16,377 nt of DNA from Armatimonadota bacterium (GTDB lineage: Bacteria > Armatimonadota > Hebobacteria > CAIYQO01): assembly GCA_038248345.1 (NCBI GenBank), contig JBBRXO010000064.1:1-16377 (forward strand), given 5' to 3'. The position numbers were made by a program, and so were the translations under genes. The notes below the pieces were generated by a model. It saw only the letters and a list, made by a program, of their open reading frames with translations, was not told the DNA's origin and ran no database searches. Of the stretch, positions 7,368 through 15,924 are shown piece after piece; the first letter of the stretch is position 1; each line of letters opens with the position of its first letter.

Positions 7368-8462
7368 CTAGTAAGTTCCCAGTTTCAGCCCTTTTTCGAT
7401 AAAGTAGCAATAGGTGGCGTAATCCACCGTCGCGGGCACCGAGTGGTCGGTATGCAGCACATAGCCATATCCCTGCATCAGCGTGGGGATTTTAGCTTCC
7501 AGTTCGGCGGCGATAATCGCGCGGTCGTTCGTGCTGAGGGTGCGGATATCAATGCCGCCGATCAAGGACAGGCGATCACCAAATTGCTTGTGGATACGCA
7601 GTGGATCCATTCCCGCTTTCACTTCAATCACTTGGAGGGCATCAATTCCGGCTTCCAGCATTGCGGGCAGTAACGGCTCGATAAACCCACAGGAGTGCAT
7701 CACTACCGGCAAATTGCGGCTGTGTGCGAAGTCGATGGTCTTGATATGCCCCGGCTGCACGATCTCTTTATACATATTCGGCGACATGAAGGGGCGTTCT
7801 TTGAAGCCCATATCCTCATAGTACCAAATTCCATCCGGCTCACCTTCTTCGGCAAAGAGCATCTCCTGTAAGTTGACGGATAACTCGGCAAATGTGTTGA
7901 CCATGTCCTGAACCCATTCTGGATCTTCTGCCATACCCATCAGCATATATTCATGCCCGCAAACCGGATGCATCAGCTCAAATACGTTGACACCACCCCA
8001 GAAGAAGAAACGTCCGGCAGCTGCAGCTTTACTCTTCGCGTCGCGATAATGCTCGAAGTTGATGCGGCGGCGGTCGGCGGTGAGCTTCGGTTTGATCAGC
8101 TCTTCCCACCCCTCGCGATCTTTCACGGTGAAGTCCACATGCTCCGGCGTCGTGTCATGCTGTTTGTGACGGCGCAGGATAGCGCCGTTGCCATCTTTAA
8201 CTAGGATCGTCTCGTCAGTCTCTTCCAGCGTTTCTGGCTGGAAATCAAGGTCGGCGACCATATTCAGCGGCCAGCTGCTCTGGCAGTCAAAGCCAAAATG
8301 ATCATCCAGCGACTCACCGGGTTGAATATGCCCGGCGGCGGTCCAGGCACTCTGGGTATCATCCCAAAAATGCTCATACAGTCCAATACGGTCAACAGGT
8401 TGCCGCTTCAATATCCGGGCGAAGCGTTCTCGCCCACTCATGGTTGATGAAGTTAATGCCAT
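7368..8462 (-). CDS. Uroporphyrinogen decarboxylase (URO-D)/MtaA-like family protein
   Basis: M..RERF...PVDR N-terminus, EDMG, MSP.MYKE, HSCG metal motif, GGID, GYVLHTDHSVP. GGAG SD upstream. Confidence 0.85.
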   Translation of the reverse strand: MALTSSTMSGRERFARILKRQPVDRIGLYEHFWDDTQSAWTAAGHIQPGESLDDHFGFDCQSSWPLNMVADLDFQPETLEETDETILVKDGNGAILRRHKQHDTTPEHVDFTVKDREGWEELIKPKLTADRRRINFEHYRDAKSKAAAAGRFFFWGGVNVFELMHPVCGHEYMLMGMAEDPEWVQDMVNTFAELSVNLQEMLFAEEGEPDGIWYYEDMGFKERPFMSPNMYKEIVQPGHIKTIDFAHSRNLPVVMHSCGFIEPLLPAMLEAGIDALQVIEVKAGMDPLRIHKQFGDRLSLIGGIDIRTLSTNDRAIIAAELEAKIPTLMQGYGYVLHTDHSVPATVDYATYCYFIEKGLKLGTY

Positions 8463-8526
8463 CGTATTTACTCCTTGATCTTTTTTGTTTCTTTCGCCTT
8501 GCGGGCGGTGGTTCCTTTTTCTGGGA

Positions 8527-9249
8527 TTATTTCTGTTCTACTCCCGCCGCACGATAGAGGGCTGCGATCTCGGTGGGGGTCACGTCGCGCCATTGGCCTT
8601 CGGGCAGGTTGCCCAGGGTGAGCGGGCCGACGCGGACACGGCGCAGCCGCACCACCGGGTGGCCTATCGCCAGACACATACGGCGGATCTGCCGCTTGCG
8701 ACCCTCGTGGATAACCAGTTCCAATATAGTAGTACGACCCCGGTACTCCAGGCGGCGCACCTGGGCGGGGGCGGTCATGCCATCATCCAGTTCCACGCCT
8801 TCGCGGAGCTTGGTCAGCGCATCCTCATTGGGCATCCCCTCCACCATGGCATCATAGACTTTGTTTACGTGATGCTTGGGGTGGGTGAGTGCGTAAGTGA
8901 GTGCCCCCTCATTGGTGAGTAGTAGCAGCCCCGTGGTGTCTTTATCCAGCCGCCCCACCGGGTGGAGGCCGGGGATCTCCGGCACCAGCGTCATCACGGT
9001 GTCGCGTGCCTGAGGGTCAGTGACGGTGCTGATGCAGCCCTCGGGCTTGTGCAGCATGATTGTGCGGAGTTCGGGTTTGGATATTACCACGCCATCCACG
9101 GCGATAATATCTACCACCGGGTCTACCTGTAAACCGAGTAGCGAAACCTTCTCGCCATTTACCGAGACTCTACCTTCGAGTATTAGTACTTCCGCCTGGC
9201 GGCGTGAAGCTACGCCGGCGGCGGCGAGCACTTTTTGAACACGTTCCAT
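8527..9249 (-). CDS. rluB: RsuA/RluB-family rRNA pseudouridine synthase
   Basis: S4 domain ERVQKVLAAAGVASRRQAE; HKPEG; catalytic VGRLDKDTTGLL; EGRKRQIRRM. Confidence 0.92.
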   Translation of the reverse strand: MERVQKVLAAAGVASRRQAEVLILEGRVSVNGEKVSLLGLQVDPVVDIIAVDGVVISKPELRTIMLHKPEGCISTVTDPQARDTVMTLVPEIPGLHPVGRLDKDTTGLLLLTNEGALTYALTHPKHHVNKVYDAMVEGMPNEDALTKLREGVELDDGMTAPAQVRRLEYRGRTTILELVIHEGRKRQIRRMCLAIGHPVVRLRRVRVGPLTLGNLPEGQWRDVTPTEIAALYRAAGVEQK

Positions 9250-10507
9250 ATATTTTCCCTGCTAGTAACAGTGTCAGCATTGATAGTAAAGTTAATCCCA
9301 GAGCACGCAACGCGCGTATCCCGGTAGAGATAGGGGTTATCCCCATTGATACTACCGGGGCAGTAGCGATCACTTTGCCATCGCGGCGCAGTTCGCATGT
9401 CCCGGCATCTTCCCCTGGCGCCACTGGCGCGCTAAGTTTTTTTGCTGTTACCGATATTGTATCATTCGCCGCGGTGCCGTATATCGCCTTTAATATCGGC
9501 GCACCGAGTAATGCGGTGACGGTCACCGGCGTTGTGCGGGTGGCGCCCAACGCTACCGGCGCCTCGCCCACCTGCTGCCCTACGGCGGCAAATGTCTTCC
9601 AGTCATAATGCGAGAAGCCATAGCTGAAGAGCGTCTGCGCCTCGCGGTACATATCCGGGCTGTTGAGTACGACGGAGATAAGTTGAAAATCACCGCGTGA
9701 GGCGGAGCTGACGTAGCATTTGCCGGATTCATTCACGAAGCCAGTCTTTACCCCGTCAATTATCGCATCGGGGAAACCCGGTACGGTGGTGGTTAGCAAT
9801 TTGTTGTGGTTCGGGGTGTATATCTGCCCACGGGGGATGCAGTTGATCATCAACGGCTTGCGGCCCAGGGCCACGTACTGTTTAATCACCGGGTAATTCA
9901 GCATCGCATAGCGGGTCATCAAGGCCAAGTCACGCGCACTGCTATAATGTCCGCCGCCATCTTTTTTCTCATTAGTGAGGCCATGGGGGTTGATAAAACG
10001 CGTGTGGTTCAGCCCCAGCTCTTTAGCTTTGGCATTCATCTGTTCAACGAATTTCGCTTCACTGCCCGAGACGAACTCCGCCGCGGCCACCGTGGCCTCG
10101 TTGGAGGAGACGAGTAATGCGCCCTTCAGCAGATCATCCAGTGTCACCCGGTCACCCTCAGCCAGCCAACTGCTGCCGCCGGTGCTGGCCGCGTTGTGGC
10201 TCACCGTCACCAGCTGGTTCATGCGGCCAATCTCATTATCGAGGATCACCATCGCGGTCATGATCTTGGTGGTACTGGCCATGGGGAGTGATTGATCAGC
10301 ATTCTTCTGCCAGAGTACAACCCCGGAGCGACAATCAATGAGGATACCACCGATGGCTCCTATCAAAGGCTCACCGGTGGCGGAAAGAGTGGGAGCTGGC
10401 TGCACCGGGGCGGCAACAACCGCCCGATGTTTCACCGGAGCTTTGCGACCCCAAACAGGGAACATAAGCAAGCAGACAGCGATAATTACTAATGCTAAAC
10501 GAGCCAT
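9170..10507 (-). CDS. D-alanyl-D-alanine carboxypeptidase (peptidase S11)
   Basis: Signal peptide; SxxK (ASTTK), SxN (SSN), NPHGL, KTG; C-terminal TM helix. Confidence 0.93.
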   Translation of the reverse strand: MARLALVIIAVCLLMFPVWGRKAPVKHRAVVAAPVQPAPTLSATGEPLIGAIGGILIDCRSGVVLWQKNADQSLPMASTTKIMTAMVILDNEIGRMNQLVTVSHNAASTGGSSWLAEGDRVTLDDLLKGALLVSSNEATVAAAEFVSGSEAKFVEQMNAKAKELGLNHTRFINPHGLTNEKKDGGGHYSSARDLALMTRYAMLNYPVIKQYVALGRKPLMINCIPRGQIYTPNHNKLLTTTVPGFPDAIIDGVKTGFVNESGKCYVSSASRGDFQLISVVLNSPDMYREAQTLFSYGFSHYDWKTFAAVGQQVGEAPVALGATRTTPVTVTALLGAPILKAIYGTAANDTISVTAKKLSAPVAPGEDAGTCELRRDGKVIATAPVVSMGITPISTGIRALRALGLTLLSMLTLLLAGKIYGTCSKSARRRRRSFTPPGGSTNTRR

Positions 10508-10593
10508 CAGCCCTATTCTAACCTGTTATTAACCATATGCCAAGAGGGTAATTAGTTTGATGATCCGATTGTCTACCGGACCGGGCCGGTGAC

Positions 10594-11556
10594 CTACCTG
10601 TACTCATCCAACCGCTTGGCCCCGACGGTGGGGCGCCAGCGATTATGGAGCCAGAGCCATTGATCGGGGGTCGCACTTATTTTTTCGCTGATGACATCAA
10701 TTATCTGCTGCGTCCAGTGGTGGATAGAGTAGTCTTTATTCGCACTTTTTTCCAGCACTATCTCCGGGCTGAACTTCATTATAAAGCTGTCGTCGGGCTG
10801 GCGGTAACTGAAGACCGGCACCACTGCGGCACCGGTGAGCCAGGCGATAGCGGCGGGGCCGGGGGCGGCCATAGCGGGGTGGCCCATAAAATTCACTAGC
10901 AGGCCATCGCAGTCGTGTTGATCGGGCAATATCGCCAGCACACGATTTTGCTTGAGGCCACGCACGGCGGGCAGAATGGAGTTACGTGGATAGCTGCGCT
11001 GCACGGTGCTTTTGCGGATTTCACGGAGCAGGTCGGCGGTGGCAGGCAACTCCGGGTCGCGTGCAATCGCGTCTATCGGGTAGCCCAGGGTGATTAGTTT
11101 TGCCCCCAGTAACTCCCAGTTGCCGAAATGCGCGGAGATGAGCAGCACGCCCTTACCCTTCGCTAGCGCGGTATCCAGATGTCCAAGTCCCTCCAATACA
11201 CTGCAATCGGCAATGGCTTGCGGTGTCATACGGGGGATACAGAGAAACTCCGCCACTGTTTTGCCGAAATTGATAAAGACGCGGCGCTCCAGTGCGACCC
11301 GCTCCGATTGCGGCATAGCGGGGTAAATTACATCGAAGTTTGTCTTCACATCGCGGCGCGAGCGTTTAGAAATCCGCCGAAAGAAGAGCCCCAGCCCCGC
11401 TCCCACCGTCTCCATCGCCCGATGTGGCAATATTCGCAGTATGCCGATGACCAGCTTGATCAGCCAGTATCCCGCTAATCGCTCCAGCATCTTCATCGGC
11501 TTCACGCGCACCTTCGCCGGGGCACATTCATTGCCTTCAATTGTCATAAATAGCAT
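10594..11556 (-). CDS. LpxL/HtrB-like lipid A/lysophospholipid acyltransferase (true start may be ~11499)
   Basis: GKGVLLISAHFGNWE, LPDQ, PDQWLWLHNRW motifs. Confidence 0.9.
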   Translation of the reverse strand: MLFMTIEGNECAPAKVRVKPMKMLERLAGYWLIKLVIGILRILPHRAMETVGAGLGLFFRRISKRSRRDVKTNFDVIYPAMPQSERVALERRVFINFGKTVAEFLCIPRMTPQAIADCSVLEGLGHLDTALAKGKGVLLISAHFGNWELLGAKLITLGYPIDAIARDPELPATADLLREIRKSTVQRSYPRNSILPAVRGLKQNRVLAILPDQHDCDGLLVNFMGHPAMAAPGPAAIAWLTGAAVVPVFSYRQPDDSFIMKFSPEIVLEKSANKDYSIHHWTQQIIDVISEKISATPDQWLWLHNRWRPTVGAKRLDEYR

Positions 11557-11561
11557 TTAAG

Positions 11562-11589
11562 TTTGTACTTCTAATCCTGTATCTGTCAA
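11562..11589 (-). promoter_or_regulatory. Possible sigma70 promoter for the acyltransferase
   Basis: Minus strand TTGACA-N16-TACAAA; the -10 is imperfect. Confidence 0.3.
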
Positions 11590-11618
11590 AATTGTACGCT
11601 AACAGTATGATAACATTA

Positions 11619-11650
11619 AATAGTTCCAAGTTCCAAGGCATTGCTTGGAA
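11619..11650. repeat. Heptamer (GTTCCAA) mini-repeat, copy 1
   Basis: AATAGTTCCAAGTTCCAA 11619-11636 is identical to 13561-13578 and is followed by inverted CTTGGAA. Confidence 0.65.
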
Positions 11651-11708
11651 AGTTGATCCAACGTGGGTTCTGCCCACAACTCAAGATAAATATTTGTCCC
11701 GCAAGCAA

Positions 11709-11836
11709 TCGTGGCATGGGCGTCTCGCCTATGAGAACGGGCAGATAGCGGAAGTTATTATTGAATCAAAAGCGCCCTTCAGGGTGGAGTGAAGGATCGT
11801 AACCCCGTTCTCATGGGCGGGACGCCCATGCCACGA
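11709..11836. repeat. REPIN-like element (two inverted REP units)
   Basis: 33-bp arms 11709-11741 and 11804-11836, 31/33 complementary. Each contains the internal palindrome CATGGGCG..CGCC(C/T)ATG preceded by GTGG. Confidence 0.85.
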
Positions 11837-11842
11837 ACGAAA

Positions 11843-12046
11843 CTACCCCATCCCCCGGAACACCTGATACCCCAGCACGCAGGCGTAGCCGAAAAGAGAG
11901 ACGGCGATTATCACTAACACGATGATCACCCAGATCGGTGTGCCCGCACGCTCGTGCTCCTGCAGGATAGCTTTACATTCCGGGCACACCAGCACATCAT
12001 TGGGGTAATCTACGTCACAATGACCACAGTGATTCATCTTTGCCAT
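11843..12046 (-). CDS. Small zinc-ribbon membrane protein, 67 aa
   Basis: CGHC..CPEC followed by one hydrophobic helix; AGGAG SD; 8 nt downstream of the M48 protease stop. Confidence 0.8.
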   Translation of the reverse strand: MAKMNHCGHCDVDYPNDVLVCPECKAILQEHERAGTPIWVIIVLVIIAVSLFGYACVLGYQVFRGMG

Positions 12047-12054
12047 GCTATCTC

Positions 12055-13542
12055 CTACTCGCGCAGTAGCGTATCATTATTATTGTGGGTATGTGTCCCC
12101 CAGATTACTTCGCCGGTAATTTTGTCGGTGGTCAGCGCTGTTACGCTCATTTCGGCGACGACGTAATTGCCGCGTATCACGGCCACGGTATCGCCAGAGC
12201 GGATATTACCGCTGGGGCGAGCGAGGGTGACCGGGAATACGTGGTGTATCGGGCCGCGCACATCGACGATCTCCCCGAACGCACGGGCTATCCGCTGAAT
12301 CGCCAGCCCCTCCAGGGTACCCTCGATATTAGTTTTTTTGCCGTCGCGCAATAAGCGTGTCGCGGCAGCATTGCCGAGCTGCTGCTCCGCTTGCCATGGA
12401 ACTACCGTACTACTCTGGGCGGAGGCGTTGCACACTCCGGTGAAACCAGTGTTGATCTCACGCCAAGTGAGGACGGCGCTGACAGCCGTACCACTCGCAC
12501 GAGTAAAGCTACTGGCGTTCCCCGCGGGGATTTCATGTAACGCTAGCGTCACGGCATATCCGGGTATGGTGTCCAGCATCCGCACTTGCACCGGCCCAGC
12601 GGAGATATCTGCCACGGATGCTGGCGGGGCAGTGGACTTGCCCGGAGGCCCGGGAGTGGTCGGTTTGGAATTATTCACGGGCGCTTTCACTTTTGCCGCC
12701 AGTGGGATGGAAAAAACGCTGCTCCCGGGGGTGGATAATGCGCGACCATCGCTGTAGGTAGTCAGCAGATAGGCCAGGTAGTCCCTCGCCCACCCGCGCG
12801 CATGTTGGGCAGAGGGGTCTAACTCAATGGTGATGTTATAGGGTGTTGGAATAATGTCAACCGGATGAGCGATGACATCATCGGCTACCTGATTAATATG
12901 TTTCAGTCGATTTCCGCTGTCCGGGTGACTGGAAAACCAGCCAATAACCGGCACCGAAGCATCCCCTTTACCATAACGGTCGATGAGGCGCTGCATGGCT
13001 TTTCCGGCAAGTTTCGGATCATAACCCAATTGCGCCATCAGGCGCACACCGCCCGCATCGGACGAATTTTCATCTTCACGGCTGTAATGCCCCTGGGTGA
13101 GAGCACCCGCCACCGAAGCTCCGGTGGTGATGTCGTCAGTGCTGCCGCCCAGCGCTGCTACCAGCACTGCCCCCAGGGCCATCCCGGTAGTCGTCTGGTT
13201 CGCCTGCTTCTCTCCATGATGCTCACGCACATGGATGACCTCATGCCCCATCACATAGGCTAACTCTTCGTCGGTGACTTCAGTTGCCATGCGGCTGGTG
13301 ATGTAGATACGCCCGTCGGGCAAGGCGAAGGCATTCAACTCTTTATCATTGATGATCTTAAAGACCAGATTATTCAATCCGGTGGCCAGCTTCAGCCGCT
13401 GACCGATCATCTGCACCCGGTAGTTGGCCGCCAAGTCAGGATAAAGGCCAGTAACCTCCAGCTCCGCATTGGTCTGGGCGAAAGCGGCGCCAGCCATCAA
13501 CAGCAAGGTCGCTATTACTAGCGATAGCAGTAGTTTTTTCAT
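12055..13542 (-). CDS. M48 family metalloprotease with signal peptide and long C-terminal extension
   Basis: NAFALPDG, ELAYVMGHEVIH (HExxH), YSREDENSSD, SSHP. Start reassigned to ATG 13542 (MKKLLL) after the GGAGGAG SD. Confidence 0.9.
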   Translation of the reverse strand: MKKLLLSLVIATLLLMAGAAFAQTNAELEVTGLYPDLAANYRVQMIGQRLKLATGLNNLVFKIINDKELNAFALPDGRIYITSRMATEVTDEELAYVMGHEVIHVREHHGEKQANQTTTGMALGAVLVAALGGSTDDITTGASVAGALTQGHYSREDENSSDAGGVRLMAQLGYDPKLAGKAMQRLIDRYGKGDASVPVIGWFSSHPDSGNRLKHINQVADDVIAHPVDIIPTPYNITIELDPSAQHARGWARDYLAYLLTTYSDGRALSTPGSSVFSIPLAAKVKAPVNNSKPTTPGPPGKSTAPPASVADISAGPVQVRMLDTIPGYAVTLALHEIPAGNASSFTRASGTAVSAVLTWREINTGFTGVCNASAQSSTVVPWQAEQQLGNAAATRLLRDGKKTNIEGTLEGLAIQRIARAFGEIVDVRGPIHHVFPVTLARPSGNIRSGDTVAVIRGNYVVAEMSVTALTTDKITGEVIWGTHTHNNNDTLLRE

Positions 13543-13560
13543 CGATTGCTCCTCCTTCGG

Positions 13561-13586
13561 AATAGTTCCAAGTTCCAAATTCCAAG
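13561..13586. repeat. Heptamer mini-repeat, copy 2
   Basis: AATA-GTTCCAA-GTTCCAA-ATTCCAA-G, immediately upstream of the M48 SD. Confidence 0.65.
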
Positions 13587-13590
13587 CCGG

Positions 13591-13614
13591 CACCCCGGCA
13601 TAAATACCGGGGTG
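13591..13614. repeat. Solo REP-like palindrome
   Basis: CACCCCGGCATAAATACCGGGG 13591-13612 is identical to 3037-3058. Confidence 0.8.
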
Positions 13615-13647
13615 GCATGGAGATACGTCATCAATTATTCATCTCCA

Positions 13648-13671
13648 AGTAATGGAGCCAACTCCATTACT
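13648..13671. terminator. Stem-loop downstream of the lipoyl-domain gene
   Basis: AGTAATGGAG-CCAA-CTCCATTACT, perfect 10-bp stem; weak U tract. Confidence 0.5.
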
Positions 13672-13688
13672 GATTCCTTCATTTTCCG

Positions 13689-13779
13689 CAGGAGTATCGT
13701 TTTTAGTTCCCGTCCTGTTCGCCCAGCCGTTCACGACTGGCCCCACAAGAACGACTTGTCACTAAAAACGATACTCCTG
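13689..13779. mobile_element. 91-bp MITE
   Basis: Perfect 19-bp terminal inverted repeats CAGGAGTATCGTTTTTAGT / ACTAAAAACGATACTCCTG. Flanking direct repeat TCATTTTCCG (13679-13688) / TCATTTTCCT (13780-13789). Confidence 0.82.
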
Positions 13780-14280
13780 TCATTTTCCTGCACTCTCGAC
13801 ATCTTCCACCGAGATCATCCCGCCTGGTCCGGTGCCGATGAGTACTGTCAGGTCTACGCCTAGTTCACGCGCCCGGCGTCGGGCCGCGGGTGTCGCCCGC
13901 ACCGGCCCACCAGTGGGCGCGGCGGCGGGGGCCGCTACTTCCATCCCGGTGGCCTGGTAGAGCGCATTCAAGGCATTATCCCGTGCGCTTGCCAACTCAG
14001 CATTGCGCGCCCGCAGGTCAGCCAGGTCGGTCAATTGTTCCCCGGCATCCCCCACCACCGCCAGCGCTGATCCCACCGGGGAGACGCTTTTCTCGGCAAT
14101 GAGAATAGCCAGTACCGTGCCCGCCACCGGGCTGGCGAATTCATAAGCCACTTTGTCGGTTATCAGTTCCGCTATCGGCTGCTCCGCTGTCACTACATCA
14201 CCCTCGGCCACCGCCCAGCGGCCGATAGTCGCTTCTTCCATCTCTGGGTAGAGCGCAGTTAATTCTACTACATGTGCCAT
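13780..14280 (-). CDS. Stand-alone lipoyl domain + E3/peripheral-subunit-binding domain protein
   Basis: W.V.EGD.V...ELITDKV (lipoyl Lys)...SPVAG; Ala/Pro linker; ATPAARRRARELGVDL...GTGPGG. No acyltransferase catalytic domain. Confidence 0.88.
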   Translation of the reverse strand: MAHVVELTALYPEMEEATIGRWAVAEGDVVTAEQPIAELITDKVAYEFASPVAGTVLAILIAEKSVSPVGSALAVVGDAGEQLTDLADLRARNAELASARDNALNALYQATGMEVAAPAAAPTGGPVRATPAARRRARELGVDLTVLIGTGPGGMISVEDVESAGK

Positions 14281-14337
14281 AATATTTGCCTTCCATTTTG
14301 GATTATTTTTCTAACAATTGTCGTATTTGTGCGCCAT

Positions 14338-15924
14338 TCACACTTCTACAGATTTTTCCAGCGCCTTGCGTAATTTCGTAGGGGATACGCTATTTATAAT
14401 CTCAACTTTGCCCAAGCCAACGGGGAGGATGAAACGCGGAACGCCTTTGACGGCTTTTTTGTCGGTCTCCATCAAGCTCATCAACACCGCCGGATCGGAC
14501 TTGGGCAGGTTGGTTGGCAGATTGATACGCTCGAGCAGACGAATGAGACGGTGAACTTCGCTGGCGCTGAACATACCCAGCTCGTGTGCCAAGCGGGCCG
14601 CCACCACCATTCCGATAGCGACTGCTTCGCCATGCGTGTAACGATCGTAGGAGGTTTGCGTCTCTACGGCATGGGCCACGGTATGTCCGAAGTTGAGGAT
14701 GGCGCGCAGTCCACCTTCGGTCTCGTCGGCAGCCACCACGTGCGCCTTGATCTGGCAACTACGCCGAACCACATGCTGCACGGCGGCGGTATCCAGCCGC
14801 ATGATGAGGTCGATATTCTCCTCCAGATAAGAGAAGAAATCCTTGTCCCAGATCACCCCGTATTTGACTACCTCGGCCATGCCGGTGCGCATTTCCCGTG
14901 CGGGCAGGCTACGCAAGACCGTGGGATCCGCCAGCACCGCCAACGGTTGCAGAAAAGCGCCCACCATATTCTTGCCCATGGGGTGATTAACGCCAACTTT
15001 GCCGCCGATAGCGGAATCAACCTGTGCCAACAAGCTGGTAGGTAGTTGCACGAAACGTACACCGCGCTGGTAAGTAGCAGCTACGAAGCCCGCAAGGTCA
15101 CCGACGACGCCACCACCCAGTGCGATGATCACCGCCTGTCTATCCACCTTACGCTGGATGATATCGCCATAAAGACGCGAAGCGGTGCTGATGCTTTTAT
15201 AGCGCTCGCCCGCCGGGAAGCATAGTGTATTGTGCGGAATATTGACGGCGTCTAATGCCGTTCGTACACTATCGCCATAGCGCCGATCAATTTCCCGCCC
15301 ACTGATTATCACCGCCGAGGTTATAGGTTTTGCCTGCGCACACAGTATCCCGCCTAATTCAGCATAACAGCCGGGTGCAATCTTGATATCGTAGCTGCGG
15401 TCACCCAGGTTCACGCGTACCCGCGTCATCCAGTCGATGATCTCAGTTACCACGGCGTCTGGCGTCAGGCAGGTAGTATCAATCTGCACATCAGCCTGGG
15501 CGTAGCAGGAGCCACGCGCTTCCAGTAAGCCGCGCACCTTTTCTTCCGGGTCTTCTACCTCTAATAATGGACGGACGCCGGATTGTGCCTGCACCCGCTG
15601 GCAGATTACGCGTGCGTCCGCTGTCAGGCACACCAACGGGCCTGCGCGGCGCGCACGCGTCATATTCAGCGGATCCAGCAAGGCCCCACCGCCCAGCGCT
15701 TCCACCGATTCACCGAGGTGCAGTAATTTCACGAGCGCTTTTGCTTCACGTGCCCGAAACCCCTTTTCACCCTCTTCACTGAAGATCTGCTTGATGGTTT
15801 TGCCCGCGGTATGTTCAATCTCCGTGTCCAGATCCGCGAAAGGCAGGCTCAAATGTTCCGCGAGTATACGCCCCACGGTACTTTTACCGGTGCCCATGAA
15901 GCCGGCCAAAATGATGTGCGTCAT
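14338..15924 (-). CDS. aroB: Bifunctional shikimate kinase / 3-dehydroquinate synthase (AroK-AroB)
   Basis: N-terminal GFMGTGKST, DLD, GGG, RPLL; C-terminal ALGGGVVGDLAGF, PTSLLAQVDSAIGGK, LNFGHT, HGEAV, DKK. Confidence 0.96.
   Translation of the reverse strand: MTHIILAGFMGTGKSTVGRILAEHLSLPFADLDTEIEHTAGKTIKQIFSEEGEKGFRAREAKALVKLLHLGESVEALGGGALLDPLNMTRARRAGPLVCLTADARVICQRVQAQSGVRPLLEVEDPEEKVRGLLEARGSCYAQADVQIDTTCLTPDAVVTEIIDWMTRVRVNLGDRSYDIKIAPGCYAELGGILCAQAKPITSAVIISGREIDRRYGDSVRTALDAVNIPHNTLCFPAGERYKSISTASRLYGDIIQRKVDRQAVIIALGGGVVGDLAGFVAATYQRGVRFVQLPTSLLAQVDSAIGGKVGVNHPMGKNMVGAFLQPLAVLADPTVLRSLPAREMRTGMAEVVKYGVIWDKDFFSYLEENIDLIMRLDTAAVQHVVRRSCQIKAHVVAADETEGGLRAILNFGHTVAHAVETQTSYDRYTHGEAVAIGMVVAARLAHELGMFSASEVHRLIRLLERINLPTNLPKSDPAVLMSLMETDKKAVKGVPRFILPVGLGKVEIINSVSPTKLRKALEKSVEV

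Noticed and set aside
11592..11792. 66-aa + strand ORF
   Set aside because: Runs through the heptamer repeat and REP arm; likely spurious.
13543..13593. N-terminal extension MPAWNLELGTIPKEEQS of the M48 ORF
   Set aside because: It translates the heptamer repeat; the SD and signal peptide support ATG 13542.
14338..15924. AroK-AroB fusion as a novelty
   Set aside because: This fusion is already known in several bacterial lineages.
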